Virus record (IMG/VR): IMGVR_UViG_2568526245_000002
Strand: one strand, 5' to 3'
From: a virus
DNA length: 64,000 nucleotides
Of the stretch, positions 7,656 to 16,800 are shown piece after piece; position 1 is the stretch's first letter; each line of letters starts with the position of its first letter. The position numbers and the translations under genes were made by a program. The notes beneath the pieces are model-generated. The model was not told where the DNA came from. It saw only the letters and a program-made list of their open reading frames with translations, and did not search any database.

Positions 7656-9745
7656 GCCGCCACCGCCTGTTGCGGCGTCGGCCGTAGCCGCCGCTTCCAT
7701 GGGTCGTTCGCCCGGGCGTATGCGGCCATCGTGTTCGGGCTCACGCTGTTGCCGCACATGTGGACCTGCTGGGATAGAGTGAACCGCTGCCCGTTGTGGC
7801 CCCGCTCGATGATGTAGCTGTCGGGGAAGCCCTGGGCGCGGTACAGCTCGCGGGGCTTCAGCATCCGCAGCCGGATGTCGACGATCACGTAGGGGCTACC
7901 GCTGATCCAGACCGTGACCAGCGCCAAGCGGTCCTTGGTGGTGATCGTGGTCAGCGGATCGTCCAGCTTCGCCCACTGCCCGCCGGTCGAGTGGTAGCGC
8001 ATCAGGAACGCCGACACCCACAGCGCGCCGTCCAATTGCGCCGGCGTCAGGCTGCTGGCGACGATTTCCGCGGTGACCAGACCGTGGTGCGTGCCGCCGG
8101 CGCTGACCGTGTGCAGCGGCTCGTCGGCGGCGCGTGCGTCGCAGTTGCCGCGCAGATGCAGCAGGTGGGCGGCGACCAGGCCGTGGTGGTCCGTGCCGGT
8201 TTGCGTGCCCTGCGGTCCGTCCACCGGGGCGCCATGCGATCCTTTCCGCAGCGTTACCAGGTGTGCCGTGGCGAGCTGCTGCTGACTGCCCTTGTTCGTG
8301 ATAGTGCTGATCGGGGCGTCGGCCGGGCGGCTGTAGGTGGTGTTGTAGCCCCCGTTGGCCTGGACCATGAACGCGGTGGCCACTCCGCAGTCAGCTTTCG
8401 CTGTGATGGTGTACATCGGCTCGGCGACCGAGCGCGGCTCGGTTTGGCCGGCGCGGCCGCCGACACCGACCAAGACCGCGCTGGCCAAGCCCAGGGCGTG
8501 CGCCGCGCCGGCCGGGCGCTTGCACTCGCCGCCGCTGGTGATCGTTGGCATCGGCTGGTCGACCGGCGCGCCGGTAGCGTCGAAGCGGAACTTCACCAGG
8601 TGGGCGGCAGCGACGGCGTGCTTGATGCCGCCGGCGACCACGTTACCGAGCGGTTCGTCCAGCTCAAGGACGCGCGGTGCCTGTCCGTCGCGCTCGCCGT
8701 AGCCGACTTGGATCAGCGTCGGGGTGGCAACGGAGAAAGCGCCACCCTTCGGCCAGGCAGTGATGGTGTTCAGCGGCTGGTCAACCGGATGCACGGCCTC
8801 GCGCGACCAGTTCGCGATCGGCACGATGAAGGGCTTGGCGCGCTGGAGTACTTCTTTCTCGATACCCTTCGCGATGCGGCGCATGGTGGCCTCCGCCAGC
8901 GGCTTCTTCCGGTTGCGGATCGACTGACCGAGGTCGCTCCAATCGATGCACTCTGCTGCCGTGCGGTACGGCTTCAGCCCCTTGCCGGGCTTCGCGGCAT
9001 GGGTCTTCTCCGCCGCCACTGGCGCGAAACCGCCGTCGGTGGCCACCAGGTACAGGCGCTGGCGAGTGGTCGGGTCGCCGTAGTCGCAGTTGCGCTCGAC
9101 CCAATAGTCGACGTGGTAGCCGAAGCCTTCCAGGGCGCGCAGGAACTGACGCCAGGTGCGGCCCTTGCGTTTCGGATCGGGCACCAGGAACTGCTCGTGC
9201 CGCGGCACCCGTTCGCCGGGACCGGCTACAGTGCCGTCGAGGCGCACGACGCGGCCGGTCGACTTGTCACGTTTGGCGATCAGCGGGCCCCACTGCAGGA
9301 TCTGCTTCACGTTCTCGAGGCTGATGACCCAAGGGCCGCGGCCGAGCTTCTGGAGCTTGCCGGCCCACTTCACAACAACCCAGGACAGGTCGCGGATCTC
9401 TTTCTTGCGCGGCTGGCCGCCCGCGGCCTGGCTGTGGTGCCGGCAGTCCGGCGATGCATGCAGCCAGCCCACGGTGGCGCCCTTGGTGGCCTCGATGGGG
9501 TCGATGCCCCAGACATCGGTCGGCAGATGCTCGGCGTGCGGGTGGTTGGCCTCGTGCATGCTGATTGCGGCCGGGTTGTGGTTGATGGCCAGGTCGACCT
9601 TGCGGCCCAGGCCCATTTCCAGACCGGTGCTGGCACCGCCGCCGCCGGCGAACAGGTCGACGATGATCGCGTCGTCGGTGTCGTCCAGGGCCAGGCCGTA
9701 CTGGGTTTTGAAGTCGAGCGGGGAGGGCTTCTTGAGGGAAGTCAT
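7652..9745 (-). CDS. DNA cytosine-5 methyltransferase with internal repeat array
   Basis: DLFAGGGG (motif I), SPDC (IV), ENV (VI), QRLYLVA (VIII), RAQGFP...GNSV (IX/X); AAGGAG SD before ATG 9745. Confidence 0.93.
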   Translation of the reverse strand: MTSLKKPSPLDFKTQYGLALDDTDDAIIVDLFAGGGGASTGLEMGLGRKVDLAINHNPAAISMHEANHPHAEHLPTDVWGIDPIEATKGATVGWLHASPDCRHHSQAAGGQPRKKEIRDLSWVVVKWAGKLQKLGRGPWVISLENVKQILQWGPLIAKRDKSTGRVVRLDGTVAGPGERVPRHEQFLVPDPKRKGRTWRQFLRALEGFGYHVDYWVERNCDYGDPTTRQRLYLVATDGGFAPVAAEKTHAAKPGKGLKPYRTAAECIDWSDLGQSIRNRKKPLAEATMRRIAKGIEKEVLQRAKPFIVPIANWSREAVHPVDQPLNTITAWPKGGAFSVATPTLIQVGYGERDGQAPRVLELDEPLGNVVAGGIKHAVAAAHLVKFRFDATGAPVDQPMPTITSGGECKRPAGAAHALGLASAVLVGVGGRAGQTEPRSVAEPMYTITAKADCGVATAFMVQANGGYNTTYSRPADAPISTITNKGSQQQLATAHLVTLRKGSHGAPVDGPQGTQTGTDHHGLVAAHLLHLRGNCDARAADEPLHTVSAGGTHHGLVTAEIVASSLTPAQLDGALWVSAFLMRYHSTGGQWAKLDDPLTTITTKDRLALVTVWISGSPYVIVDIRLRMLKPRELYRAQGFPDSYIIERGHNGQRFTLSQQVHMCGNSVSPNTMAAYARANDPWKRRLRPTPQQAVAA

Positions 9746-9758
9746 GCAGTAGCTCCTT

Positions 9759-11189
9759 TCAGACGAACAGCAGCGGCTGTACCGCGCCGTCGGCGAAGAC
9801 TTTGTCGAGAGGGGTGGTGGCGATCGGCTCGTCGCCGTCCCAGCCATCCGGCCAGGTGCCGGCGGCGATCAGCTCGCGGATGCGGGCCTCTTCCTCGGCG
9901 TTGATCAGGTCGATGCGAGGGCGACCGAGGTGGTCGGCTGCGGCGTTGCATTCGGCCTGGATGGCCAGTACGCGCTCCAGGCCCATCAAGCGGGACTCCA
10001 GCAGGATCGGGCCCATGCGCTGGGGGTTCGCGGCGATGCTGCCGTCCTTCAGCCGCTCGATGCCGGCCTTGCGCAGGCGGTGCTGGGGCTCGCGCAACTG
10101 GCGCCATAGCTCTTTCAGGCCGCGCAGCGGCGCCAGGTATGCCCAGTGCGGCATGGCCAGCACGGTTTCCAGCGCCTTCTCCTCGCTGGCCAGCGGACAG
10201 CCGGTGCAGCCGGTACGGGCGTTGATCTCTTCGGCTTCGTCGCCGCCGTAGGCGTCCGCGATCATCGCGGTGGACCAGTCGCCGAACTCGGCAAGTGGCG
10301 CCCAGTGCTTCAGCCACTCCCAGACGTGGCAGACGCGCCAGTGCAGGAGTGGGGCGAGGGTGGCGAGCCGTCCCTTGAGGCCCTTTGCCTCGGGTAGCAC
10401 CTTCTGGTACCAGCCCTGGCCGCACTCGGCGCCGTCCTTACCGCAGGACATCTCGATCCGCTTGTCGCGGATGGCGCTTTCGCCCTGGCGCACGCCAGTG
10501 ATCATCAGCACGTTCCCGTCGAGCGCGGCCAAGCGCTGCTCGAGGGCGGCCTGCATCGGGTCGATCTTGATCTGGCGGGTGCACCAGCGCAGCGTGTTGT
10601 TGTTCGGCGGGGGCACGCCGCGACCCAGGATGTAGACCATGAAGCGCTTGTCGAGCGGTGCGCATACCACCTCGACGTGGATGCCGCGGTCCCGCAACTC
10701 GTCCATGATCTGGTGCGCCGCGATGGCCAGCGGCGGCAGTTCCTGGCGGGTGTCCGCGTAGAACACGGTCAGCGTCTTCGGCGCCTTGACCCGGCCGGTG
10801 TCGATCAGCCAGATCAGCAGCGTTAGCGTGGTGGTGCTGTCCTTGCCGCCAGACCAGGCCACAGCCCAGTGCTCATGATCGGCGCCGTAGGCCTGCATGC
10901 TCTGGATGGTCAGCTCGATGCTCTCGGTCATCTGCAGGCGCTGGGCGCCGGCGGCGAAGATATCGCTTTGGCGCGGGCCGGCCAGATTTGCGGAGGCGGG
11001 CTCGGGGTCGATCCTTTTCAGGGCGGGGAAATTTACGGCCAGCGTTCTGCCCTCCGCGTACCCGCTGGTGCATTTGAGAATCACGTAGCCTTGGGCGTGG
11101 CTGCTCAGTACGATCCCGCGGCAGCGGTGCTTCTCCCGGTAGAGAAAGCTGACCTCATCGTCAGGCGCGAATACTGCCTTCGTGGTCAT
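9759..11189 (-). CDS. PAPS-reductase/DndC-like protein with an extra ~70-aa N-terminal domain
   Basis: WSGGKDS PP-loop, RWCT..IKI, GVRQGES..R, RTGCTGC; ATGA overlap at 11189. Confidence 0.85.
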   Translation of the reverse strand: MTTKAVFAPDDEVSFLYREKHRCRGIVLSSHAQGYVILKCTSGYAEGRTLAVNFPALKRIDPEPASANLAGPRQSDIFAAGAQRLQMTESIELTIQSMQAYGADHEHWAVAWSGGKDSTTTLTLLIWLIDTGRVKAPKTLTVFYADTRQELPPLAIAAHQIMDELRDRGIHVEVVCAPLDKRFMVYILGRGVPPPNNNTLRWCTRQIKIDPMQAALEQRLAALDGNVLMITGVRQGESAIRDKRIEMSCGKDGAECGQGWYQKVLPEAKGLKGRLATLAPLLHWRVCHVWEWLKHWAPLAEFGDWSTAMIADAYGGDEAEEINARTGCTGCPLASEEKALETVLAMPHWAYLAPLRGLKELWRQLREPQHRLRKAGIERLKDGSIAANPQRMGPILLESRLMGLERVLAIQAECNAAADHLGRPRIDLINAEEEARIRELIAAGTWPDGWDGDEPIATTPLDKVFADGAVQPLLFV

Positions 11190-12013
11190 GCGATGGGCTC
11201 CTTGGTGTCGTGGAAGATGTCGAGCTGCGCCAGGCCACTGCGCGCGGCATCGTTGAGCCAGAGGCATTCGATGCGGTCACGTGCGCCGTCGGCGAGGGCG
11301 TTCCGCTCGAGGCGGTGCCAGTGGCGGTAAAGGCGGTCGTAGAGCGGGCAGGGGTACCCGGAGAGGACCACCATGCCGGTCAGCCCCTTAAGGAACGCCG
11401 CCAGATCCCGGTGCTGGTCGTCGTCCAGTTCGTGTCGGTACGACTTGCCGGTTGCGTTGTGGCGGACCTTGGTGCTGCGAGTGGAATGGACGTAGGGCGG
11501 ATCGACGTAGTGCAGCGTGCTCGGCCGGTCGTGATGCTCCATCAGCACCAGGGCGTCGCGGTTCTCGATCACCACGCCCTGTAGGCGCTCGGTGATAGCG
11601 GCCAACGCATCGGGGTAGTTGCGCCAGTCCAGCGCGGGCGCGGTGCCACTCCTCGCCGACGTTGAGCGGAACCCCGTGCGTTCGCCGCTCGCCGCGGCGC
11701 TGCCGAAACCTTGGAAACTGCGGACCACCATTCGCCGGGCGCGCTCGAGCGGATCCGTCGTTTCCGCGTAGCTGGCTTCGAACTCTTCCCGGGCAAACGG
11801 GGTAAGCGCCAGGGCCTGGCGCAGTTCCTCGCCACGGTCCCGCGCGACGCGGAACAGGTTCACCACGTCCCCGTCGAGGTCGTTATAGACCTCGGCGTAG
11901 CTGCGGGCTTTCCGGAGCAGGACGGAGGCTGCGCCGCCGAAGGGCTCGATGTAGGTGTGGTGGGGCGCGAGGTGCTGGATGATCCACGGGGCGAGCAGCC
12001 ACTTGCCGCCGCC
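11186..12013 (-). pseudogene. dam: Dam-family adenine methyltransferase lacking an in-frame start codon for its N-terminus
   Basis: Frame reads GGGKWLLAPWII...EPFGGAAS...NDLD...YVDPPY, but the first in-frame start is GTG 11866, downstream of motif I; the usual M..LRY.GGK N-terminus is replaced. Confidence 0.75.
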
Positions 12014-12084
12014 CTGCCTGACTTGGGCGGCCCACGAGGCATGGTTGAATCGCCCACAGGGCGGCGTCCGGTGCGTGCTGGGAG

Positions 12085-12108
12085 AGAAAGCGCCCCGGGT
12101 GGGGCGCT
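12085..12108 (-). terminator. Rho-independent terminator after the LexA-like gene
   Basis: AGCGCCCC-ACCC-GGGGCGCT stem followed by TTCT on the minus strand. Confidence 0.65.
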
Positions 12109-12120
12109 CGGCGGGTGGCG

Positions 12121-12330
12121 TTAGAGCGGGCGGATACTGCGCGCCACTTTCGGGTCGCGCTGGATGTAGCCCTTGTTCTCGAGGGCGGTCAGGCGCTGCT
12201 GGATGGCGAACTGGCGGACTCCGGCCTTGGCTGCCAGCTCAGCGACGGTGGGCGCGTAGCCTTTCTCCGTCCAGAACGCCCGGATGTGCCCGAGCGTTTC
12301 GTTCTGCATCGTCGAGGGGGCCGACTTCAC
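12121..12330 (-). CDS. Stand-alone LexA-type winged-HTH DNA-binding domain (no peptidase domain)
   Basis: [19 protein letters not shown]...G.....IQQRL.ALE.KGYI.RDP..ARSI matches the LexA N-domain. Confidence 0.85.
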   Translation of the reverse strand: MKSAPSTMQNETLGHIRAFWTEKGYAPTVAELAAKAGVRQFAIQQRLTALENKGYIQRDPKVARSIRPL

Positions 12331-13553
12331 GACAGAACCTCGCGAGATCCGTCTCCCTTCATCGGCCCGACGATATTCAGCAATTCCATTTCCTCGACCA
12401 AACGGGCCGCGCGGTTGTAACCGATCTTGAGTTTGCGCTGGATGGCGGAGATCGAAGCGCGGCGCGTCTCGCGGACGAAGCGAATGGCCTCCTTCAGCAG
12501 CGGGTCGTCACCGGGCCCGTTGGCCCGGGGAATATGGAGGGTCGCGGTGATACCGTCGTGCATCCCCAGCGCCTTGGTTACGTCGATGCCGGCGCCAGGC
12601 GCTGGTTCGGGCTCATTGTGCACACCGTCGATTCCCTGCGGGGACTCTTCGCCGCCCAAGGCCTCCAGCAGTTGTGGTATGAACTCGCGGAAGGTGAGCA
12701 TCATCAGGACGAAGCTGGCGTCGGCCTGTGCGAACTCGTCGGAATCCTTACCAGCGTCGTCCAGTGCCCGCTCCTGCAGCAGGTCGTCGAAACGGAGGCT
12801 GCGGATCACCAGGCCCTCGTCAAGTACGAAGGAGAGGTCTTTCTTCCAGGCGAGGGCGAGCTTGGTGACGCTCTTACCTGAGTCCAGATGTTGGCGGATC
12901 ACGTCGCTGGTCAGGTCCTGGTGCTTGGCGGTGATGCTGCCTTGCTCGTCGGTGTCGCGGAGCAGGGCGCCGTCGCACAGCCAGAAGTCGCCACCCGCAT
13001 TGGTTTCCTGGCTGCGCAGCCACTCGGTCATGGTTGCGGTCGGCGAAACCTTGGTTGCGATCGGTCGGATGGGGAGGGAGCCCAGGGCCTCGCGCAAGGT
13101 CGACAGCATATCCTCGGCGGCCTTCGCTGTGGCGGTGTCCACGATCACCAGGCCTTCCGCAGGCATGATGGCGGCGTAGGTGCGCTTACGGCGGATGAAC
13201 GCGCGCGGTAGGAGGGTCTGGACGATCTCGTCCTTCAACTGGTCGCGCTCTTTCTTGTAGACCTTGCGCTGCTGGGTTTCCTCTATCTCCTCGACCTTCT
13301 CCTTCAGCGCGTCGTTAATCACGCTGCCAGGCAGGATCTTCTCCTCTTTTCGGCAGCAGATGAGCAAGAAGCCGTTCGCCTCGCGTACCAGCGGTGCCTC
13401 GCCCTTACCGACCGGCGGGGCGAATCCGTAAGTGGTCAGTTCCTGAGAGGCGCAGGGCCGTGCCGGTTTGCTCGCCAGGGCACTTTCCAGAGCGCTGGCA
13501 GTCGTGTCGATGGGTTGGGTCAGGCGGTAGATCAGTAGGTTGCGGAACCACAT
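12327..13553 (-). CDS. rdgC: RdgC recombination-associated protein fused to a C-terminal FtsK gamma domain
   Basis: [11 protein letters not shown]...[10 protein letters not shown] RdgC signature; C-terminal DPLLKEA...[25 protein letters not shown]...VGP..G...REVL. Confidence 0.92.
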   Translation of the reverse strand: MWFRNLLIYRLTQPIDTTASALESALASKPARPCASQELTTYGFAPPVGKGEAPLVREANGFLLICCRKEEKILPGSVINDALKEKVEEIEETQQRKVYKKERDQLKDEIVQTLLPRAFIRRKRTYAAIMPAEGLVIVDTATAKAAEDMLSTLREALGSLPIRPIATKVSPTATMTEWLRSQETNAGGDFWLCDGALLRDTDEQGSITAKHQDLTSDVIRQHLDSGKSVTKLALAWKKDLSFVLDEGLVIRSLRFDDLLQERALDDAGKDSDEFAQADASFVLMMLTFREFIPQLLEALGGEESPQGIDGVHNEPEPAPGAGIDVTKALGMHDGITATLHIPRANGPGDDPLLKEAIRFVRETRRASISAIQRKLKIGYNRAARLVEEMELLNIVGPMKGDGSREVLS

Positions 13554-13579
13554 GGTGCTGTCTCCGGGCAGCCCGGCGC

Positions 13580-14077
13580 TCAGACGATGCGCCAGAGCCT
13601 GCGGTAGGGGTTGTCGAAGGGGATGTCGTCGTCGTAGCTGTCGTAGTCGGTTGCCGGTTGCGGCTGGTGGTGAGTGGTCGGCCGCGGTGGCGGCTCGCGG
13701 CCAGGGCCACGCGACTGGCCTGCCTGCTCAGGCTTGCCGCCGAGCAGTTGCATGTTGCCGTTGATGTCCACCACTACCTCGGTGCTGTAGTGGTCCTGGC
13801 CGTCCTGGCCCTGCCACTTGCGGGTGCGTAGGCTGCCTTCGATGTAGACCTGGGAGCCCTTTCGCAGGTATTGCGCTGCGATTTCGGCCAGTCGGCCAAA
13901 TAGCACCACCCGGTGCCACTCGGTGCGCTCCTGCTGCTGGCCGGTCTGCTTGTCCTTCCAGCTTTCGCTGGTGGCCAGGCTGAGGGACGTGACTGCTTTC
14001 CCGCTGGGGGTGGATCTTGCGTCTGGATCCTGGCCCAGATGGCCGACCAGGATGACCTTGTTCACTCCGCGTGCCAT
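13580..14077 (-). CDS. ssb: Single-stranded DNA-binding protein with an extension after the DDDIPF tip
   Basis: [18 protein letters not shown]...TEWHRV...[15 protein letters not shown]; ends [17 protein letters not shown]. Confidence 0.96.
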   Translation of the reverse strand: MARGVNKVILVGHLGQDPDARSTPSGKAVTSLSLATSESWKDKQTGQQQERTEWHRVVLFGRLAEIAAQYLRKGSQVYIEGSLRTRKWQGQDGQDHYSTEVVVDINGNMQLLGGKPEQAGQSRGPGREPPPRPTTHHQPQPATDYDSYDDDIPFDNPYRRLWRIV

Positions 14078-14078
14078 G

Positions 14079-14684
14079 TCAGGCCTCCGCCTCAGCCGGC
14101 GGCACCGAGCTGGCCGGCGCCACATCGACTCCCTGCAAAGCGAAGTAGATGCGGGCGCAGGCCTCGGCGTCCGGCATCGCGCGGTGAGCCTCTACCAGGT
14201 CCTCCCCGGTGAAGTGCTTGTATGCCTCGGCCAAGGTCGGCAACTTGTTGCGGGGAAGCGCGACCTGTGCGCGGGAGCGATAGCAGGTGCAGAACTTCTC
14301 ACCCGATTCCTTGAAGGCGTTGGCCGCTTCCTCGTCCTGGTAGCGCATCAGCGCGATGCGAGTGATACGGTCGTCGAAGGTGATGTTGTGCGCCGCGCGG
14401 CGGGCAGCGCGGCCGTTGATCGCAAGAAAGCCCTCCAGAGCCTCGGCCTCGCTGATGCCAACATCCATCGCCTGTTCGTGGCTGATGCCGTGGATCGCGG
14501 TCATTTCGGGGGTGATTTCCCAGCCGTTGGGTCGCACGATCGCCTCGAAGCGATCGATGGTGTTGCCGGCGGCATCGCAGAGCAGAGCGGCAACTTCTAC
14601 GATGTGGGGCTGGCACGGGTCTTCACTGGGCAACTTCCACTCGGGAATCCCCGTCGTTTCGAAGTCGAAAATGTTGGTGAGCAT
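14079..14684 (-). CDS. DnaQ/DEDDh 3'-5' exonuclease
   Basis: DFETTG, AHNITFD, HRAMPDA motifs; GAGGA SD before ATG 14684. Confidence 0.9.
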   Translation of the reverse strand: MLTNIFDFETTGIPEWKLPSEDPCQPHIVEVAALLCDAAGNTIDRFEAIVRPNGWEITPEMTAIHGISHEQAMDVGISEAEALEGFLAINGRAARRAAHNITFDDRITRIALMRYQDEEAANAFKESGEKFCTCYRSRAQVALPRNKLPTLAEAYKHFTGEDLVEAHRAMPDAEACARIYFALQGVDVAPASSVPPAEAEA

Positions 14685-14874
14685 GGTCTGTCCTCGGTGG
14701 TTGGGCATCAGGCTGCGCGCTCAACGAACGCGCACCCGGATGCCGCACCGGCGGTGGGCGCCGGCGCTGGCGGTTCGGAGGGGTTGGGGGAGTGGATTAG
14801 GAGGAGGGGAGCTTGCGGTAGCCGATGACGTACAGCCGTTCAGCCTGTTCGCGTGGTAGGCGCGAGGTGGATGG

Positions 14875-15891
14875 TCAGGCCGCTTTCGCGGGGGCCTTTT
14901 CGACGATCACGCCCGGCAGATTCAGCGTTTGGCCCTTGCTGTTGGCCAGGCTGTCCAGGTCCGGCTGGTTGACAACGAGCAAGTCCTCGGTAGCCAGGCC
15001 TTCGGCGATGGCGGCGATGAACGCGCTTTTATCGACGACGCGGGCGCGCCACTGGATAGCGCCGGGCTCTGCTGCCTTGCCGGCGGGCTTGATCTGGGCG
15101 GGCGCTGGTGCAACCTCGGCCTTCGGCGCCTCCGGCTCGACAGCGACGGGCGTGCCCTGCTCGGCGAGCTGCTGGCGCGCGGCAGCAAGCTCCTGCTGCT
15201 GGCGCGCCAGTTCTTCGCGTTGGCGTTGCATTTCCTCTTGCTGCCGGCGCATTTCCGCCTGTTGCTCCTCCATGCGGCGGCGCATTTCGGCTTGCTGGGC
15301 TTCCAACTCCTGCCGCTGGCGCTCCGCTTGCTCGAAGGCCAGGCGGTCGGTCAGCATTTGGGTCAGTTCGTCCATGGCCGCCTGCTGTGCGGCTTGGGCT
15401 TCCTTCGTCAAGTCGTAGAAGTCGTGTGCGGTGTCGATTTCGCCACAGCGGTCGATCATCGCGGCAATCTCGTCGCTGGTCTTGCCGCGTACCTGGGCCG
15501 GCATCCCTTTGATGGCGTCGACCTTCGACAGCAGGCGTGCGATCCGTTCCTGGCGCTCGCGTTCGACGCGATCGTCGACCTCCTTCTTGGCGGCCTTCAT
15601 CGGATCTTCCAACGTCACCAGTGCGGCGGTGATCCGCTTCGCCTCGGCGTCGATGATCTGGCCTGCTTCGATGTAAGGCGCCTTTTCACGCTTGCGAGCG
15701 GCTTCCAGGCTGGTGCGCAGCGTGGTCAATTCCTTGATACCGGCCTTGATGAACTCGTAACCATCGGCGGTATTGGCGTCCGGCAGCGTCGCGTACTTCT
15801 CGCGAAGTTTTGCCAGGGCGGCGTTGGTTGCGTTGTACTCGGCGACCTCGACGGTACCGTTTTCCAGGTCAACATTTTTCAGGATGGTCAT
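14875..15891 (-). CDS. Coiled-coil protein next to the annealase
   Basis: Long heptad/QQQ-rich helices; C-terminal WRARVVD...LPGV motif; GAGGA SD before ATG 15891. Confidence 0.65.
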   Translation of the reverse strand: MTILKNVDLENGTVEVAEYNATNAALAKLREKYATLPDANTADGYEFIKAGIKELTTLRTSLEAARKREKAPYIEAGQIIDAEAKRITAALVTLEDPMKAAKKEVDDRVERERQERIARLLSKVDAIKGMPAQVRGKTSDEIAAMIDRCGEIDTAHDFYDLTKEAQAAQQAAMDELTQMLTDRLAFEQAERQRQELEAQQAEMRRRMEEQQAEMRRQQEEMQRQREELARQQQELAAARQQLAEQGTPVAVEPEAPKAEVAPAPAQIKPAGKAAEPGAIQWRARVVDKSAFIAAIAEGLATEDLLVVNQPDLDSLANSKGQTLNLPGVIVEKAPAKAA

Positions 15892-15895
15892 GGTG

Positions 15896-16651
15896 TCATT
15901 CCTCGGGGCTGGTAGGAGCGGGGGAAAGCTGGCGCAGGCGCTCATCGGCGGCTTCATTCACGCGCAGCTCAATCTCTGAGGGGTTGAAGTTGACGACTGG
16001 CGCTTTGGCGCGGGCCTTCTCGGCGACTTGCTTACGCATTAACTCCAGGGCGCGGGAATTCGGTGCCGCGGCGATCGCGTCGAGTTGTGCGCGAAGCCAG
16101 GTCTTGAATTCGTCCTTGGCTTCGTCCAGGGCTGTCTCGGGATCGCCGGCATCGGCCAGGCGCTCTTTCAGCTTCAGGCCTTCGACATAGGTCGTGTCGT
16201 CGAACATGCCCATGTGAATGTCGGCGCTAAACCCGAGGAGTGACAGACACTTCTTGATGGCGTCGGTGAGTGACTTCTTGCCGTAGTCGTGGTCGGTCTT
16301 GAATCCCCACTCGGTCTTGTAGACGTAGGGGGTGTGCCCGTACTGGCGGGCGTGATTGATCGTCCCGTCGTGGCGGTACCAGAGTTCGATGTACAGGGTG
16401 TGGGTCTTGTCGTGGCAGATGACCGCACCGTTCTTATCGAGGTGCGGTGCGCCTTCATCGAAGCGCTCTACCAAGACCTTCCAGCCCCAACCCTTGCCGA
16501 CGGGGCCGAATAGCTCAGTCGCACGACGGACGATGTACAAGCCGTTGATGGACGTCATGTCCTGACCGTTGAGCTTCGCCTGCCTTGTGTACCTGGTGTC
16601 TGTTTCTTTCACCTGGTCCCAGATAGCCATGTTGCTATTCATATTCGTCAT
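15896..16651 (-). CDS. Rad52/Sak-like single-strand annealing protein
   Basis: ATELFGPVGKGWG...KKSLTDAIKKCLSLLGFSADI..G.FDD..Y; lies upstream of exonuclease and ssb. Confidence 0.75.
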   Translation of the reverse strand: MTNMNSNMAIWDQVKETDTRYTRQAKLNGQDMTSINGLYIVRRATELFGPVGKGWGWKVLVERFDEGAPHLDKNGAVICHDKTHTLYIELWYRHDGTINHARQYGHTPYVYKTEWGFKTDHDYGKKSLTDAIKKCLSLLGFSADIHMGMFDDTTYVEGLKLKERLADAGDPETALDEAKDEFKTWLRAQLDAIAAAPNSRALELMRKQVAEKARAKAPVVNFNPSEIELRVNEAADERLRQLSPAPTSPEE

Positions 16652-16800
16652 GGTGTTGCTCGCTTGACGGCTGCCGGCGCCGTGGCTGGTTGTTCCGCGG
16701 TAATCAGTCCGCCCCAGATCGGGCCTAGGGCGAGAATGAGCAGGAAGAGGAGGCCGCCAATCAGGCCGCCCACCCAGATGGCTTTGCGCTTCGCGTTCAT
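16648..16800 (-). CDS. 50-aa membrane peptide (MNAKRKAIWVGGLIGGLLFLLILALGPIWGG...)
   Basis: Basic N-terminus plus hydrophobic span; ATGA coupling on both sides. Confidence 0.7.
   Translation of the reverse strand: MNAKRKAIWVGGLIGGLLFLLILALGPIWGGLITAEQPATAPAAVKRATP

Noticed and set aside
7796-9904. 702-aa plus-strand ORF
   Set aside because: Antisense shadow of the C5-MTase in high-GC DNA; no recognisable motifs
9759-11189. Complete phosphorothioate (dnd) system
   Set aside because: No DndA/B/D/E or Ssp genes in the window; only a DndC-like fold
12003-12042. Programmed -1 frameshift rescuing dam from ATG 12042
   Set aside because: No X XXY YYZ slippery heptamer, and the upstream peptide does not resemble a Dam N-terminus; deletion is more parsimonious
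14709-14874. ORF in the gap between exonuclease and coiled-coil genes
   Set aside because: Open stretch without a start codon or SD; likely remnant or leader
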